Positions 18,731 through 29,397 of a stretch of DNA of 64,000 nucleotides are shown piece by piece. The translations under genes were made by a program, and so were the position numbers. Each line of letters opens with the position of its first letter. Position 1 is the first letter of the stretch. Source of the DNA: Planctomycetia bacterium (GTDB lineage Bacteria > Planctomycetota > Planctomycetia > Planctomycetales > Planctomycetaceae); assembly GCA_026400935.1 (NCBI GenBank), contig JAPLNX010000165.1:2097-66096 (forward strand), in the 5' to 3' direction. The notes under the pieces are model-generated. The model was given only the letters and a program-made list of their open reading frames with translations. It had not been told where the DNA came from and ran no database searches.

Positions 18731-19063
18731 TTAGGACTTCGGTACTGCGTCTGGAACTTCGACTTGGATCTCGTGGCCAAGCAGCCTTACGGGATAAGAC
18801 TCGGTGCGTGTCTTCGAGTTCGGATTATCGAGCCAAGTTCCCGACTTGATGCAGAATCGCCAAGCATGCCAGGGGCACGTGACTCCGTTGTCCTCGACGT
18901 AACCGGCGGCCAACGAGGCTCCCATGTGTGGACAGAGGTCGTTGATCGCGGAGTATTCCCCCTTTACGAAGAATATGGCGACCATCTTGCCGTTAACACA
19001 AAACGATCGCCCCTCCCCTTCGGGAATGTCACCCACATGTGCCACGGTTTGAAATTCCGCCAT
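18731..19063 (-). CDS. Rieske [2Fe-2S] protein, NirD-like small subunit
   Basis: CPHMGASL ... CPWHAWRF Rieske ligands. Start chosen at MAEFQTVAHVGDIPEG; track ORF 18731..19183 is longer. Confidence 0.75.
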   Translation of the reverse strand: MAEFQTVAHVGDIPEGEGRSFCVNGKMVAIFFVKGEYSAINDLCPHMGASLAAGYVEDNGVTCPWHAWRFCIKSGTWLDNPNSKTRTESYPVRLLGHEIQVEVPDAVPKS

Positions 19064-19334
19064 CAGATAACACCTCTTGACTGATTGAACTCTCCTGCCG
19101 CTCCGTCGTGGCGGCGAAGAGTACGGTTCGCGAGTCGGCCTCTCAATGTGAGGAATGAATGAATTCTTATGGCAGACTGACATGCGGATGACCGGGTCGT
19201 GGCCGAGTTTTGCACGGGCCAGTACGATCCCCGCTCACTCGGCGTGATTTTCAGTGCAGAAATGGCTCTGAATGAGTTGATTGCGTTGCGTGTCTTCGCT
19301 TTTTGATCCACCGCCCCTGATTCCAGGCAGCAAT

Positions 19335-21143
19335 ATGAAACATTCATCCGCCGTTGGTTTGGCTCTGTTACTCGGTTGCTGCTGGAACGTCATAGTGTTT
19401 GCAGAAGATGCTCTCCCGTCAGTCGTAAAGGTGGACGCGTCTGCCGATGGTTTTCGATTGGTTCGCAACGGTGAGCCGTATCTCATCAAGGGTGTGGGCG
19501 GAGATCGTCAATTGCCGGCGTTGAAGGCGGCCGGGGGCAACTCGATTCGCACGTGGGGTGCGGACAAAGTTGGGCCTGTGCTCGAAGAGGCCCAGCGATT
19601 GGGGCTGACTGTGACAGTCGGAATTTGGCTGGGGCATGAGCGGCATGGATTTAATTATAACGACGCGGATCAAGTGGCTCGACAGTACGACGCGGCCCAG
19701 AAAGTGATCGAAACTTACAAAGATCATCCGGCCTTGCTGTTGTGGGGCATCGGCAACGAGATGGAAGGTTATGAGAACGGCGGCAACGCCGCGATTTGGT
19801 CGGCGATCAACAACATCGCCAGCATGTCGAAGCGCATTGATCCAAATCATCCCACGATGACCGTCGTGGCCGAGATCGGTGGCGATCGCGTGAAGAACAT
19901 TCATCGACTTTGCCCCGACATCGATATTGTCGGCATCAACAGCTACGCGGGAGGAACTTCGATCCCGCAGCGTTACCGCGAATCGGGCGGCAAGAAGCCG
20001 TTCATCCTGACAGAGTTCGGCCCCGCTGGAATTTGGGAAGTCCCTAAGAACAGTTGGGGAGCCGCGTCAGAGTTGACCAGTACCGAGAAAGCGGAGTCTT
20101 ATCGCCGTGTGTATCAACAAGCAGTGTTGGAGCATCGCGGGCAGTGTCTCGGCGGTTACGCCTTCGTATGGGGCAACAAGCAAGAAGCGACCGCCACGTG
20201 GTTCGGGATGTTGCTCCCTGATGGTTCGCGGCTCGGTGCGGTCGATGATCTGACGGAAGTTTGGACGGGGAAACCGGCGGCGAATCGTTGTCCGATCATT
20301 AAGTTATTGAAGCTCGACGGAGCTGATCAGCTTGAACCGAAAACGGTCGTGCGCGTGTCGCTGGATGTGAGCGATCCCGAGGCGGACCCTGTGAAGGTGC
20401 AATGGATCTTGCAACGCGAACCTGAATCACTTGGAACTGGCGGCGATGCCGAAGAAGTCCCACCGACGTTCCCTGAAGCGATCGTCAAAGCGAGCGAAAA
20501 ATCGGTTGAAGTGAAGATGCCTTCTGACGGCGGTGCCTATCGGCTATTTGCGTATGTGCGTGACGATAACGGCGGAGCAGCGGTCGGCAACATTCCGCTG
20601 TTGGTCAAAGGACCGATAACGATTGCTGCGGCGAAGAAAACCGCACTCCCGTTTGTCATCTACGATGAGTTTGGTCGTGATGCTCCGCCGTTTGTGCCCA
20701 CGGGTTGGATGGGAAATTCGAAAGCGATGAAGCTCGACGAACAGTGTGCGGCGCAGCCACATTCAGGAAAAACTTGCTTGCGTTTCGATTACACGGCTGC
20801 CGATGGCTGGGGCGGAATCGTCTGGCAACAGCCCGCCGGCGATTGGGGCAATCGCCCCGGCGGCTGGAACGTCAGCGGTGCCAAGCGGCTGTCATTCTGG
20901 GCTCGCGGAGAACGAGGGACCGAAGTGGTCAGCTTTGAATTCGGTTTGATCGGTGCGGACAAGAAGTATCACGACAGCGGACGGGGCAAACTCGAAAAAG
21001 TGTCGCTTACCAACGATTGGCAGCAGTTCCAAATCGACGTTAGCAAACAAGACCTCACACGTGTGAAAACCGGATTCGTAATCACGACCGCCGGTGCGAA
21101 AGATCCGACGACCGTTTACATCGACGATATTCTTTTTGAATGA
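19335..21143 (+). CDS. secreted glycoside-hydrolase-like TIM-barrel protein with C-terminal sugar-binding-like domain
   Basis: Signal peptide from ATG 19335. LWGIGNEMEG contains a clan GH-A style NE acid/base motif. Beta-rich C-terminal half. Family not assignable by eye. Confidence 0.55.
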   Translation: MKHSSAVGLALLLGCCWNVIVFAEDALPSVVKVDASADGFRLVRNGEPYLIKGVGGDRQLPALKAAGGNSIRTWGADKVGPVLEEAQRLGLTVTVGIWLGHERHGFNYNDADQVARQYDAAQKVIETYKDHPALLLWGIGNEMEGYENGGNAAIWSAINNIASMSKRIDPNHPTMTVVAEIGGDRVKNIHRLCPDIDIVGINSYAGGTSIPQRYRESGGKKPFILTEFGPAGIWEVPKNSWGAASELTSTEKAESYRRVYQQAVLEHRGQCLGGYAFVWGNKQEATATWFGMLLPDGSRLGAVDDLTEVWTGKPAANRCPIIKLLKLDGADQLEPKTVVRVSLDVSDPEADPVKVQWILQREPESLGTGGDAEEVPPTFPEAIVKASEKSVEVKMPSDGGAYRLFAYVRDDNGGAAVGNIPLLVKGPITIAAAKKTALPFVIYDEFGRDAPPFVPTGWMGNSKAMKLDEQCAAQPHSGKTCLRFDYTAADGWGGIVWQQPAGDWGNRPGGWNVSGAKRLSFWARGERGTEVVSFEFGLIGADKKYHDSGRGKLEKVSLTNDWQQFQIDVSKQDLTRVKTGFVITTAGAKDPTTVYIDDILFE

Positions 21144-21208
21144 TTTGGTCTCTGACCTTTGAACGATCGACTTCACAACAACACCTTGCATACGGATCGT
21201 TGACACAA

Positions 21209-21322
21209 CCCTCACCGATCTTGCCTCAGTGGAACCGGGCCTTTGCACTACGAGCGAACTCCCTTGAGAGAACTCTGCGTAGTGCAAAAGCCCAAAATCT
21301 ACTAAGGCAAGCTCAGTGGGGT
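21209..21322. repeat. nested palindromic intergenic element, family A, copy 1
   Basis: Left arm ccctcaccgatcttgcctcagtggaaccgggcctttgcactacg. Right arm cgtagtgcaaaagcccaaaatctactaaggcaagctcagtggggt. The arms are mutually inverted. Confidence 0.8.
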
Positions 21323-21383
21323 TGGCGTCATTTTCTCACATACGCGGTGACTTAAATCTCAGTCAACTGCAAACGGAGCGAAC

Positions 21384-22325
21384 GTGGCCACAGAATACTT
21401 TGATTGGATTAAGGCTCTCGAAACGAATGTCTCGAAAGCGTTACTCGGAAAACCGGAGGCGGTGCGTTTGGCGATTGTTGCCTTGCTGGCCGAAGGGCAT
21501 ATTCTGATTGAAGATGCTCCGGGCGTCGGTAAGACGTCACTCGCAAAAGCGTTGGCGAAGAGTTTGAGTTGCGAGTTCAAACGGCTGCAATGCACCCCCG
21601 ACATGCTCCCCAGCGACATCTTGGGCAGCAGCGTCTACCTTCCCAATAAGGGTGAATTTGAATTCCGACCGGGGCCAATCTTTTCACACATTGTCGTGGT
21701 TGATGAGATCAACCGCACGACGCCGCGAACACAGAGCGCGTTGCTGGAAGCGATGAATGAAGGGCAGGTCTCGATCGAAGGGCAAACTTATACGCTTAAA
21801 AAACCGTTCTTCGTGCTGGCTACACAAAACCCGTTTGAGTTTGAAGGGACATTCGCGCTTCCAGAGAACCAGCTTGATCGTTTCATGCTTTGCTTAGAGA
21901 TCGGTTACCCGGACATCGCCGTGGAGAAAGATATTCTCACAAGCCATCGCACGGGTGAACCGGTCGATCAGCTCAAGCCAGCGATGTCGCTGGAGCAACT
22001 TTCGGAATTGCAGAAAGCAGTGCGCGACGTCCGCGTCGATGATTCGATCAACGATTACTTACTACGGATCGTGGCGGAAACACGGAAGCATCCAGAATTG
22101 TCTTTGGGCATCAGCACACGCGGCGCGTTGACGCTGTATCGGGCCGTTCAAAGTTTGGCGTTGGTCGAGCAACGTGCTTTCGTTGTCCCGGATGACGTGA
22201 AGCGGCTGGCCATTCCAGTATTGGCTCACCGAGCGATTAGCAAAGGGTTGATCCGCGAGGGACAACGCGACCGGGTCAAAGGGGTGATTCGGCAAATCTT
22301 GGAAAAGACGGCTGTTCCGAAATGA
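21384..22325 (+). CDS. MoxR-family AAA+ ATPase
   Basis: Walker A EDAPGVGKTS, Walker B VVVDEINR, and overall MoxR-like length and order (LATQNPFEFEGTFALPENQLDRF). Confidence 0.9.
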   Translation: MATEYFDWIKALETNVSKALLGKPEAVRLAIVALLAEGHILIEDAPGVGKTSLAKALAKSLSCEFKRLQCTPDMLPSDILGSSVYLPNKGEFEFRPGPIFSHIVVVDEINRTTPRTQSALLEAMNEGQVSIEGQTYTLKKPFFVLATQNPFEFEGTFALPENQLDRFMLCLEIGYPDIAVEKDILTSHRTGEPVDQLKPAMSLEQLSELQKAVRDVRVDDSINDYLLRIVAETRKHPELSLGISTRGALTLYRAVQSLALVEQRAFVVPDDVKRLAIPVLAHRAISKGLIREGQRDRVKGVIRQILEKTAVPK

Positions 22326-22534
22326 CCAGTTTGACTAAATCACGCGAACGGTGCCGGGCTTGTCTGTTGAATTGATCGCTGTGCTTCAATAATCCTTGTA
22401 CGGTCGTTTGGCCGCACGTTGCAGGCGCTCGCGTCCTGGAAAGTGACCACCCCCGGACATCGCGCGTGCCTACGGGGTGCGGTTAAACGACTCATCCGAA
22501 TGTTGACGGAGCCTCGAAGGATCGGGGATCGACT

Positions 22535-25498
22535 ATGAGTTTTACGAAACGGATTGAGCAGCACAGTTCTATAAGCGTGCCACAAAAAGGCGCGATCAAA
22601 GCCCCACCGAGCCGTGCATCCGTAGAGCCGTGGCTCGACGGCGTTGTTGGATTACGGATGGTTTGTTTCGCCCTCTGCTTGCTGGCAGTCGGCTGTCTCG
22701 ATGCAGATCACGGCTCCGTTGTCGTGAAGCCAAGACGAGCGAAAGGGACTGCGACCGCGTCGTCTGAAACAGCATCGCCTCGCAAAACCAAGAGCGTGCG
22801 CAAGGCTGATTCCGCTCGCGATGAGAAAGTGCTCAATCATCCGGAACTGCAAGCGGAGTTGGCGCAGGTCGATGATCTGATTCGTACCGTCAGCGGCAGT
22901 GAGGCCGATCAGCCGTCGCGCAAGAAGACTCGAAATGCGGACGAGGACTCAGTCGTTACCGCGTTTGCGGAAGACGTCGTGACGCCAGAAAAACAGACTG
23001 CGAAGAACCCTCGCAAGAATCGACTCGCCAAGGAATCAAGTCCGTATCTTTTGCTGCACGCGACGAATCCCGTCGACTGGTTCCCGTGGGGACCGGAAGC
23101 GCTAGAGCGAGCCAAGAAAGAGAAGAAGCTGATCTTCCTTTCGATCGGTTACAGCAGTTGCCACTGGTGCCACGTGATGGAACGGCTCGTCTTCTCGAAC
23201 GAGCAGATTGCGCGCTTCATGAACGAGAATTTCGTCTGCGTGAAAGTGGACCGCGAAGAGCGGCCCGACATCGACGACATCTACATGACCGCCCTGACCG
23301 TTTACTTTCGGCTGAGCCGTTCTGATCAATCGGGCGGTTGGCCGTTATCGCTGTTCCTGACGCCTGAAGGGAAACCGCTGGCTGGCGGGACGTACTTCCC
23401 GCCGGAAGATCAAGACGGTCGCATGGGCTTCCCGTCGGTGATGAATAAGATCGCGACCATGTGGCGAGATCAGAACGAGGATATGGAAAAGAACGCCGAT
23501 ATGATTACGGCGAACGTCCGCCGCACGATGTCCGCGAAGATTGTGTTGAACGATGTGCCGCTGACAGCAGAACTCGCAGCGACGATCACGACGGCAATCG
23601 CCGAGACTCACGACGCGAAGTTCGGCGGCTTCGACTTCAATCCAGCACGCCCCAACGCACCGAAGTTTCCGGTCCCCAGCAAGCTGAGACTCTTGCTGCA
23701 TCAAGCTCAGCGCGACAGCAATGAGCCGTTGCGACAGAAGGTGACGTCAACGCTCGATGCGATGGCCGCTGGCGGAATTCGCGATCACTTGGCAGGAGGT
23801 TTTCACCGCTACAGCACCGACCGAGCGTGGAAGGTGCCGCACTTTGAGAAGATGCTTTACGACAACGCGCAACTCGCCGACACCTACGTTGAAGCATTCC
23901 GGCAAACAAATCTTCCGATCTATAAAACGATCGCCGAAGAAGTCTGCGACTTCGTCCTTCGCGAGATGACCGACAAGCGCGGCGGCTTCTTTTCGGCGCT
24001 CGATGCCGACAGCGAAGAGGTCGAAGGAAAGTCGTATGTCTGGTCCGAAAAAGAGATCGACAAGCTGCTCAATCCCGGCGATGCGGAAGCGTTCAAACTG
24101 GCTTATGGCCTGACTGTGCCAAACACATTCGAGCCGGGCTTTGTGTTGCATCTACCGAAGCCGCTCGCCGATGTCGCGATTGAATTGAAGCTCGAACCGA
24201 CTGAACTCGAACGTCGCCTCACGACGATGAAACAACGTTTGCTCGCCGTGCGCAACCGCCGACCGGCTCCGCTGTGTGACGACAAAGTATTGACCGGCTG
24301 GAACGGTCTCATGATCAAGTCGCTCGCGAACGCAGGAGCCCGATTCAAACGAGCGGACTACCTCGCCGCCGCCGAACGTGCGGCGGTCTTCGTGCTGACC
24401 GAAATGCGCGACGAGCAAGGCCGCTTGCGTCGCTCGTACCGAGGAAACGTCAGCCCGATCAAGGCGTATCTCGACGACTACGCTTATCTGATTGATGGAC
24501 TGCTCGCACTGCACGTCGCGACTCGCGAAGCAAAGTGGCTGACGGCAGCGACGCGCTTGGCGGACGATCAATTGAAACTGTTTTGGGACGATGTTGCCGG
24601 AGGTTTCTTCTACACGGCGACCGATCACGAAGAGTTGCTCGCGCGATCGAAAGATCGGTACGACTCGGTCGTGCCGTCCGGCAACAGCGTCAGTGTCCGC
24701 AACCTGCTGCGGATCGCGAAGCTCACTGGCAAGAACGAATATCGCGTCAAAGCAGAGCAAACTCTGAAGGCGTTTGCACCGCTGATGAACGAGACGCCTC
24801 ACGGATCGGCCAACATGGCTGTCGCGCTGTTTGAATTCCTCGATCAACCGAACTTGGGATCGACTCGGCGCAGCGTCGATTCCAACGTCGTTCCTGCTAG
24901 TGCCGATGACGATGAGGTTCTTGATGTCGCGTTGAAGCCGAAGCGAGAAGACCTCGGTGCCGGTTTGGGGGCATCGCCGATTGCAGATAAAGCTCCGAAG
25001 AATGATAAGACAAAGAAGATTGACGTCCTTACGGCTGACGCTCATCTCAACGTCGATCGACTTCCGGCGGGGAGTACGTGCCGCGTCGCGATGATCCTCA
25101 ACATCCAAGATGGCTGGCACATCAACCAAAACCCAGCGCAACCCGAAGGCATGTCCGCGACAAGATTCACGATGAATACCAAGCTGGGGACGAAGTTGAT
25201 CGACGTGAAATATCCCAAAGGGCACAAGCTCAATGTTGTTGGTTTCGATGAACCAGTGATGGTTCACGACGGGCAAATCGTGATCTTCGGCACGATGGAG
25301 ATTCCCGAAGTTGCCGCTGGCAAAGTCGAAGAGTTCGAGTTGCTCGTCCGTTATCAAGCATGTAGTGAGTCACGTTGCGAGCCACCGAAGACGTTAAAAC
25401 TCAGCGGAAAACTCGAAGTTGCTCCTGTCGGCGAAAAAGTGAAGGCTATCAACGACAAACTGTTCAACCCACCCAAAGCGACTCCAAAGAAAAATTGA
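22535..25498 (+). CDS. DUF255 thioredoxin-like (YyaL-type) protein fused to a DsbD-N-like domain
   Basis: [16 protein letters not shown] redox motif, a long alpha-helical barrel region (KMLYDNAQL), and a C-terminal segment GWHINQNP...[12 protein letters not shown] typical of DsbD N-terminal-type domains. N-terminal TM/lipobox-like LLAVGCLD. Confidence 0.8.
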   Translation: MSFTKRIEQHSSISVPQKGAIKAPPSRASVEPWLDGVVGLRMVCFALCLLAVGCLDADHGSVVVKPRRAKGTATASSETASPRKTKSVRKADSARDEKVLNHPELQAELAQVDDLIRTVSGSEADQPSRKKTRNADEDSVVTAFAEDVVTPEKQTAKNPRKNRLAKESSPYLLLHATNPVDWFPWGPEALERAKKEKKLIFLSIGYSSCHWCHVMERLVFSNEQIARFMNENFVCVKVDREERPDIDDIYMTALTVYFRLSRSDQSGGWPLSLFLTPEGKPLAGGTYFPPEDQDGRMGFPSVMNKIATMWRDQNEDMEKNADMITANVRRTMSAKIVLNDVPLTAELAATITTAIAETHDAKFGGFDFNPARPNAPKFPVPSKLRLLLHQAQRDSNEPLRQKVTSTLDAMAAGGIRDHLAGGFHRYSTDRAWKVPHFEKMLYDNAQLADTYVEAFRQTNLPIYKTIAEEVCDFVLREMTDKRGGFFSALDADSEEVEGKSYVWSEKEIDKLLNPGDAEAFKLAYGLTVPNTFEPGFVLHLPKPLADVAIELKLEPTELERRLTTMKQRLLAVRNRRPAPLCDDKVLTGWNGLMIKSLANAGARFKRADYLAAAERAAVFVLTEMRDEQGRLRRSYRGNVSPIKAYLDDYAYLIDGLLALHVATREAKWLTAATRLADDQLKLFWDDVAGGFFYTATDHEELLARSKDRYDSVVPSGNSVSVRNLLRIAKLTGKNEYRVKAEQTLKAFAPLMNETPHGSANMAVALFEFLDQPNLGSTRRSVDSNVVPASADDDEVLDVALKPKREDLGAGLGASPIADKAPKNDKTKKIDVLTADAHLNVDRLPAGSTCRVAMILNIQDGWHINQNPAQPEGMSATRFTMNTKLGTKLIDVKYPKGHKLNVVGFDEPVMVHDGQIVIFGTMEIPEVAAGKVEEFELLVRYQACSESRCEPPKTLKLSGKLEVAPVGEKVKAINDKLFNPPKATPKKN

Positions 25499-25607
25499 CC
25501 GTTTGGGTCTGTCCCCCTTGCCTGTCGCACACGTTTGTGGGCGATCTCCAAAACTTTTTCATTTTTTCATTCACAAATTGCGAGCAGATGTCGTATCCTC
25601 CCTCACC

Positions 25608-26024
25608 ATGTCTTCGCACAGTTTTCGATCTCTGAGCCTGCCGCGAACCTTCGTGATGATCACGTTGGTTGCTGTTTGCTGGGCTTCGACGGAACAACGG
25701 TGTGAAGCGAGTTGCGGTGACTACTTACTGCATCGCGCCTCATCTCCGTCACATGGTGCGAACGGCTTGCTCGGGAAAGCTGATTCGTCGTCCGACCGTT
25801 CGGTCCCCGCGTGTCCGTGTCAGGGACCGGGTTGCTCTAGTCGTTCTGAAACTCCGGTTACTCCGGCTCCTGTTCCACCAGAATTACCTTCGGAATGGGC
25901 CTGCCTCACCGAACAGATTCGCGACTGTGGTGCCGTTTCGCACGGCTGGTCGCTGGAGTCTGAGTGGCTGCTGATCCGCAGCAGCGGTCGCCGTTTAGAG
26001 CGACCGCCACAAGTCCGCGCGTAG
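25608..26024 (+). CDS. hypothetical small Cys-rich exported protein
   Basis: ATG at 25608 within track ORF 25503..26024. N-terminal hydrophobic segment FVMITLVAVCWAS. No recognisable domain. Confidence 0.3.
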   Translation: MSSHSFRSLSLPRTFVMITLVAVCWASTEQRCEASCGDYLLHRASSPSHGANGLLGKADSSSDRSVPACPCQGPGCSSRSETPVTPAPVPPELPSEWACLTEQIRDCGAVSHGWSLESEWLLIRSSGRRLERPPQVRA

Positions 26025-26373
26025 CCGACGATTGCTTTTGCACCGATTGCGCTGCTTATCTCAGTCGTGTCATATTTGGGCACTACGGGTTCACTATCGA
26101 GCGGTGATTTGATCGCCGTCCCGATCGCAATCGTGCAGAAGCCAGGAGCCGTTGAGGCAAACTCAGTGGTGACTGAGGCTGGCCATCGTTGCGACGTCTT
26201 AATGATCAATCCCTTTCAGGCTGATCTGATTTGGGAGTGACGTTGTTCTCGGCATCGAGTCAAGCAGAAAAGCCTGACCTACGAGTTGATGTCCGCCGAG
26301 ACTTGTGTCTTGAGATGTACCGTATTTGTAGTCTTCATTCAGAGTCCTGTCTGACTATTTTCGGAGCTTAGCT

Positions 26374-27366
26374 ATGCCTCGTTCTCATCTTTCTACTCGT
26401 CGTGGCTTCACGTTGATAGAGCTGTTGGTTGTCATTGCCATCATCGCCATATTGATTGCGCTCTTGTTGCCGGCGGTGCAACAAGCCCGCGAAGCCGCTC
26501 GCCGATCGCAGTGCAAAAATAACCTCAAGCAAATGGGACTCGCGATGCACTCTTACGAGTCCAGTGCCGGATGTCTGCCAATGGCTTCTGGCGGAAACGG
26601 TTTTTCGCCACATGCGCGACTGCTTCCGTATCTCGATCAGTCGGCATTGTTCAAAACACTGAATTTCAATGTCAGTGTCTCATCACGAACTGTCCCCGCC
26701 GATCCTGCCAACGCGGCTGCGTGGGCCAAGACTCTGCCAGCGTTCCGCTGCCCTTCGGATAATGACTCTCAGCTTGGCGACCCCAACGTGGTGGGAGGTC
26801 GAAACAACTACTGGACCAATTACGGCACCGGTGTTGTGGTGAGTCTTCCTGGGACAACTGTCGGATCGACCAACTACGGGATGCCGATGCCAAACGGTCC
26901 CCTGTTCAACTCCAGCAGCACGAGAATTACTGATATTAAGGATGGGACTAGCAACACCGCTTTGATGTCCGAAAAGAATTTGGGCGATGGCAGCAACGCC
27001 ATCACCACTCCGGACACGGACACTTATCAGCCCGGCACTTACCCAACGAACCAGGACGAAGCGTACGCGTTCTGCAAGGCGGCAGACGTGAACAACCTCG
27101 CCCAGCAGGGGAAATCCTTTAATGGGACTTCTTGGTTGGCGGCCTCGAATGACTCGACGTATTACTTCATGTCGATACCACCCAACCAACGCGGGTGTAT
27201 GTACCCGCCGAGCCGCATGGCATCAGCCGCCAACAGCCGGCATGTGGGTGGCGTGCATGTCCTGATGTGTGACGGCGCGGTGATATTCGCGTCAAACAGC
27301 ATCGACCTTGGGGTCTGGCGAGCCATCGGCACGCGAGCAAACAAAGAGACTGTGCCCCAATTGTAA
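26374..27366 (+). CDS. DUF1559 domain protein (type II pseudopilin-like, H-X9-DG)
   Basis: Prepilin-type N-terminus [43 protein letters not shown] and C-terminal [14 protein letters not shown] (H-x9-DG). Confidence 0.9.
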   Translation: MPRSHLSTRRGFTLIELLVVIAIIAILIALLLPAVQQAREAARRSQCKNNLKQMGLAMHSYESSAGCLPMASGGNGFSPHARLLPYLDQSALFKTLNFNVSVSSRTVPADPANAAAWAKTLPAFRCPSDNDSQLGDPNVVGGRNNYWTNYGTGVVVSLPGTTVGSTNYGMPMPNGPLFNSSSTRITDIKDGTSNTALMSEKNLGDGSNAITTPDTDTYQPGTYPTNQDEAYAFCKAADVNNLAQQGKSFNGTSWLAASNDSTYYFMSIPPNQRGCMYPPSRMASAANSRHVGGVHVLMCDGAVIFASNSIDLGVWRAIGTRANKETVPQL

Positions 27367-27380
27367 GGCTGTGTCTCAGG

Positions 27381-27455
27381 TCGTCGGCGCTCTTCGAGTG
27401 CCGACGGCTTTGCTCTCCAAAGGTGCGCACGACGGTGTGCGCACACCGTTTTCTG
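27381..27455 (+). terminator. two GC-rich hairpins with T-runs after the DUF1559 gene
   Basis: cgtcggcgctc-ttc-gagtgccgacg at 27382-27406 is followed by ttt. The perfect 14-nt palindrome ggtgtgcgcacacc at 27434-27447 is followed by gttttct. Confidence 0.45.
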
Positions 27456-27518
27456 CTTCGCGCTGGCGCGAGATTCGGCGCTTTCCTTTGAGTTCCCTTT
27501 GCGGTTGAAGTTTTCCCG

Positions 27519-27911
27519 ATGACAATTCGTTCGATGACAACGTGGCCATGTCGGCTGCTGATGTTGGCTCTGTTGTGCGTGGAGTTGGTGGGCTGTGGTG
27601 GACCCCGCGGTGGGCCCGTCGATTCCTCGAAGGCACAGGATGCATTTAAGACGTTCCTTAAAGCGTGGCAGGACGGCAAGAAGGCCGAAGATCTCAAACC
27701 GGGCATCACGGGCGTCGACAGAGATTGGAACGCCGGAAAGAAGCTCGTTTCCTTTGAAATCAAGCCCAACGAAAACAACCAGGGAACGACGCTGCGATTT
27801 TCGGTGCAACTGACACTGAAAGACGACAAAGGTGCCGAGTCCAAATCCACAGCGATCTACAACGTGACGACCGCCCCTGCGGTTACGGTCATTCGTGATG
27901 ACGACGACTAG
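27519..27911 (+). CDS. hypothetical lipoprotein
   Basis: Lipobox LLCVELVGCGG. 130 aa. Preferred over the overlapping antisense ORFs. Confidence 0.55.
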   Translation: MTIRSMTTWPCRLLMLALLCVELVGCGGPRGGPVDSSKAQDAFKTFLKAWQDGKKAEDLKPGITGVDRDWNAGKKLVSFEIKPNENNQGTTLRFSVQLTLKDDKGAESKSTAIYNVTTAPAVTVIRDDDD

Positions 27912-27977
27912 GCGACATCGCGAGAACCGTCTTGGCTCGTTGAGAAATCTCTTTCACGCTTGCGACGAAAGGACTGA

Positions 27978-29339
27978 ATGATGTCTTCCCGTCCCCATTT
28001 GTCTTGGATCATTTCCATGATGATGAGCGGCCTCTGCGTTCACGGCATCAGAGCCGAGGAGCCGAATCGCACGCCAAAAAACGTTCCGCAAACTCGGCCA
28101 GAAATGAAATCGCTACTGGAAGGACTCAAGCAGCGGACGCCGCGGCTCCCGTTGCCGGAACTCAAACCGGGAACGGACAAGAGCGATCTACGATCGACCG
28201 TCAACAATGGTCGGATGCGGAATCTGTATCTGCCAGCCGAATGGCAGAATACGTCTTGGGGCGGAGCCAATCGGAATGCTCAGCCTACGCAAGGGACCGC
28301 GTCGAAGACTCCGAGCTACGGCATTAACGAGCCGGGCATGACGCTCGACTATGCCTTCAAAACTAGGCTGTTCTGGTTGGTCTCGCGGCTCAACAACTGC
28401 CAGTACTGCTTGGGACATCAAGAGCACAAACTCCATGCGGCCGGCATGGATGACGACTCGATCGCGGCACTCGACAGCGACTGGTCGGTGTTCCCGGCGA
28501 ATGAGCAAGCCGCGTTGGAGTTCACTCGCCGGTTGACTTCGTTCCCGCACGAGTTCACCGACGCGGACATCAACGCTCTGCGCCCGCACTTCAACGAGAC
28601 GCAGATCGTCGAGTTGGTACAGACCATCGCGCAGTACAACTCAACGAACCGTTGGACCGATTCGATGGGGATTCCTCAGGACCAAGGGTTCGGCGAGGCG
28701 AAAGTGGAACTCGACACGCCCACGTCGGCGAAGTACCAGAAGCGTTCGACGATCGTCTTCCCGAAAACCGAGAAGTCACGTGGTGATTGGGAGCCGCGAG
28801 AAGCTGTGTTGGCCGCGTTTGAGGCCGCTCGCAGCCGTGAACCGCGAGTGAAGCTGTTGTCGGACTCAGCCGCGCGCGAAGCGTTGCAGCTTTCGGCCGA
28901 CGCTCCGTTGCCGACGTGGCAACGAGCGATGGCGTACTTCCCGCAGAGCGCTCGTCGACAAGGGGAACATCGCAAAGCGGTCGCGGAACTCGGCCGGCTT
29001 ACTCCGCGCACGAAGGCGCGGATGATGTGGTCGGTCGCTCGTGAGAACCGCGCGTGGTTCTCGGCGCAGTTGACTCGCGCGGCGTGTCACAAACTCGGCC
29101 TCACCGACGATGAGCTGTTCACGTCGGCCGATCAGTCGGGAGCGGTTCCTGCTGGCGACAAAGCGGCGGTCGCGTTCGCTCGCAAGTTGACCAGTAAGCC
29201 TCGACAGATGACCGATGGCGATATCGCCGATCTCTTGAAGCACTACTCGGCTCCCGAAGTCGCCGAGGTCGTGTACGTTGCCTGCATGAGCAATTCCTTT
29301 GACCGCTTCACCGAGGCTCTCAACCTGCGAAGCGAATGA
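27978..29339 (+). CDS. exported double AhpD/carboxymuconolactone-decarboxylase (CMD)-like domain protein, paralog A
   Basis: Signal peptide. The first domain has NNCQYCLGHQEHKL (CxxC..H). The second CMD-like domain lacks CxxC. Confidence 0.7.
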   Translation: MMSSRPHLSWIISMMMSGLCVHGIRAEEPNRTPKNVPQTRPEMKSLLEGLKQRTPRLPLPELKPGTDKSDLRSTVNNGRMRNLYLPAEWQNTSWGGANRNAQPTQGTASKTPSYGINEPGMTLDYAFKTRLFWLVSRLNNCQYCLGHQEHKLHAAGMDDDSIAALDSDWSVFPANEQAALEFTRRLTSFPHEFTDADINALRPHFNETQIVELVQTIAQYNSTNRWTDSMGIPQDQGFGEAKVELDTPTSAKYQKRSTIVFPKTEKSRGDWEPREAVLAAFEAARSREPRVKLLSDSAAREALQLSADAPLPTWQRAMAYFPQSARRQGEHRKAVAELGRLTPRTKARMMWSVARENRAWFSAQLTRAACHKLGLTDDELFTSADQSGAVPAGDKAAVAFARKLTSKPRQMTDGDIADLLKHYSAPEVAEVVYVACMSNSFDRFTEALNLRSE

Positions 29340-29397
29340 TCGCCCGTCGTTTAACCGCAACAACTTACCTCCCCCGATTTTCTTCAGGAGACTTTCC

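Noticed and set aside
24152-25357. 401-aa ORF antisense to the DUF255-thioredoxin gene
   Set aside because: It has no recognisable motifs and lies entirely opposite a gene with strong motif support. Long antisense ORFs are expected in high-GC DNA. The same reasoning applies to ORFs 609..1439, 6287..6943, 12010..12510 and 23747..24151.
25820-26209. 129-aa minus-strand ORF in the 25.5-26.4 kb gap
   Set aside because: It has no motifs and overlaps the (also weak) + strand Cys-rich ORF. Neither can be confirmed. Only the + ORF, which has a plausible signal anchor, was listed, and at low confidence.
27162-27850. Minus-strand ORFs of 215 and 227 aa overlapping the DUF1559 3' end and the lipoprotein gene
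   Set aside because: They would overlap two + strand genes that have clear N-terminal signal or prepilin motifs, and they run through the terminator-like hairpins at 27381-27455.
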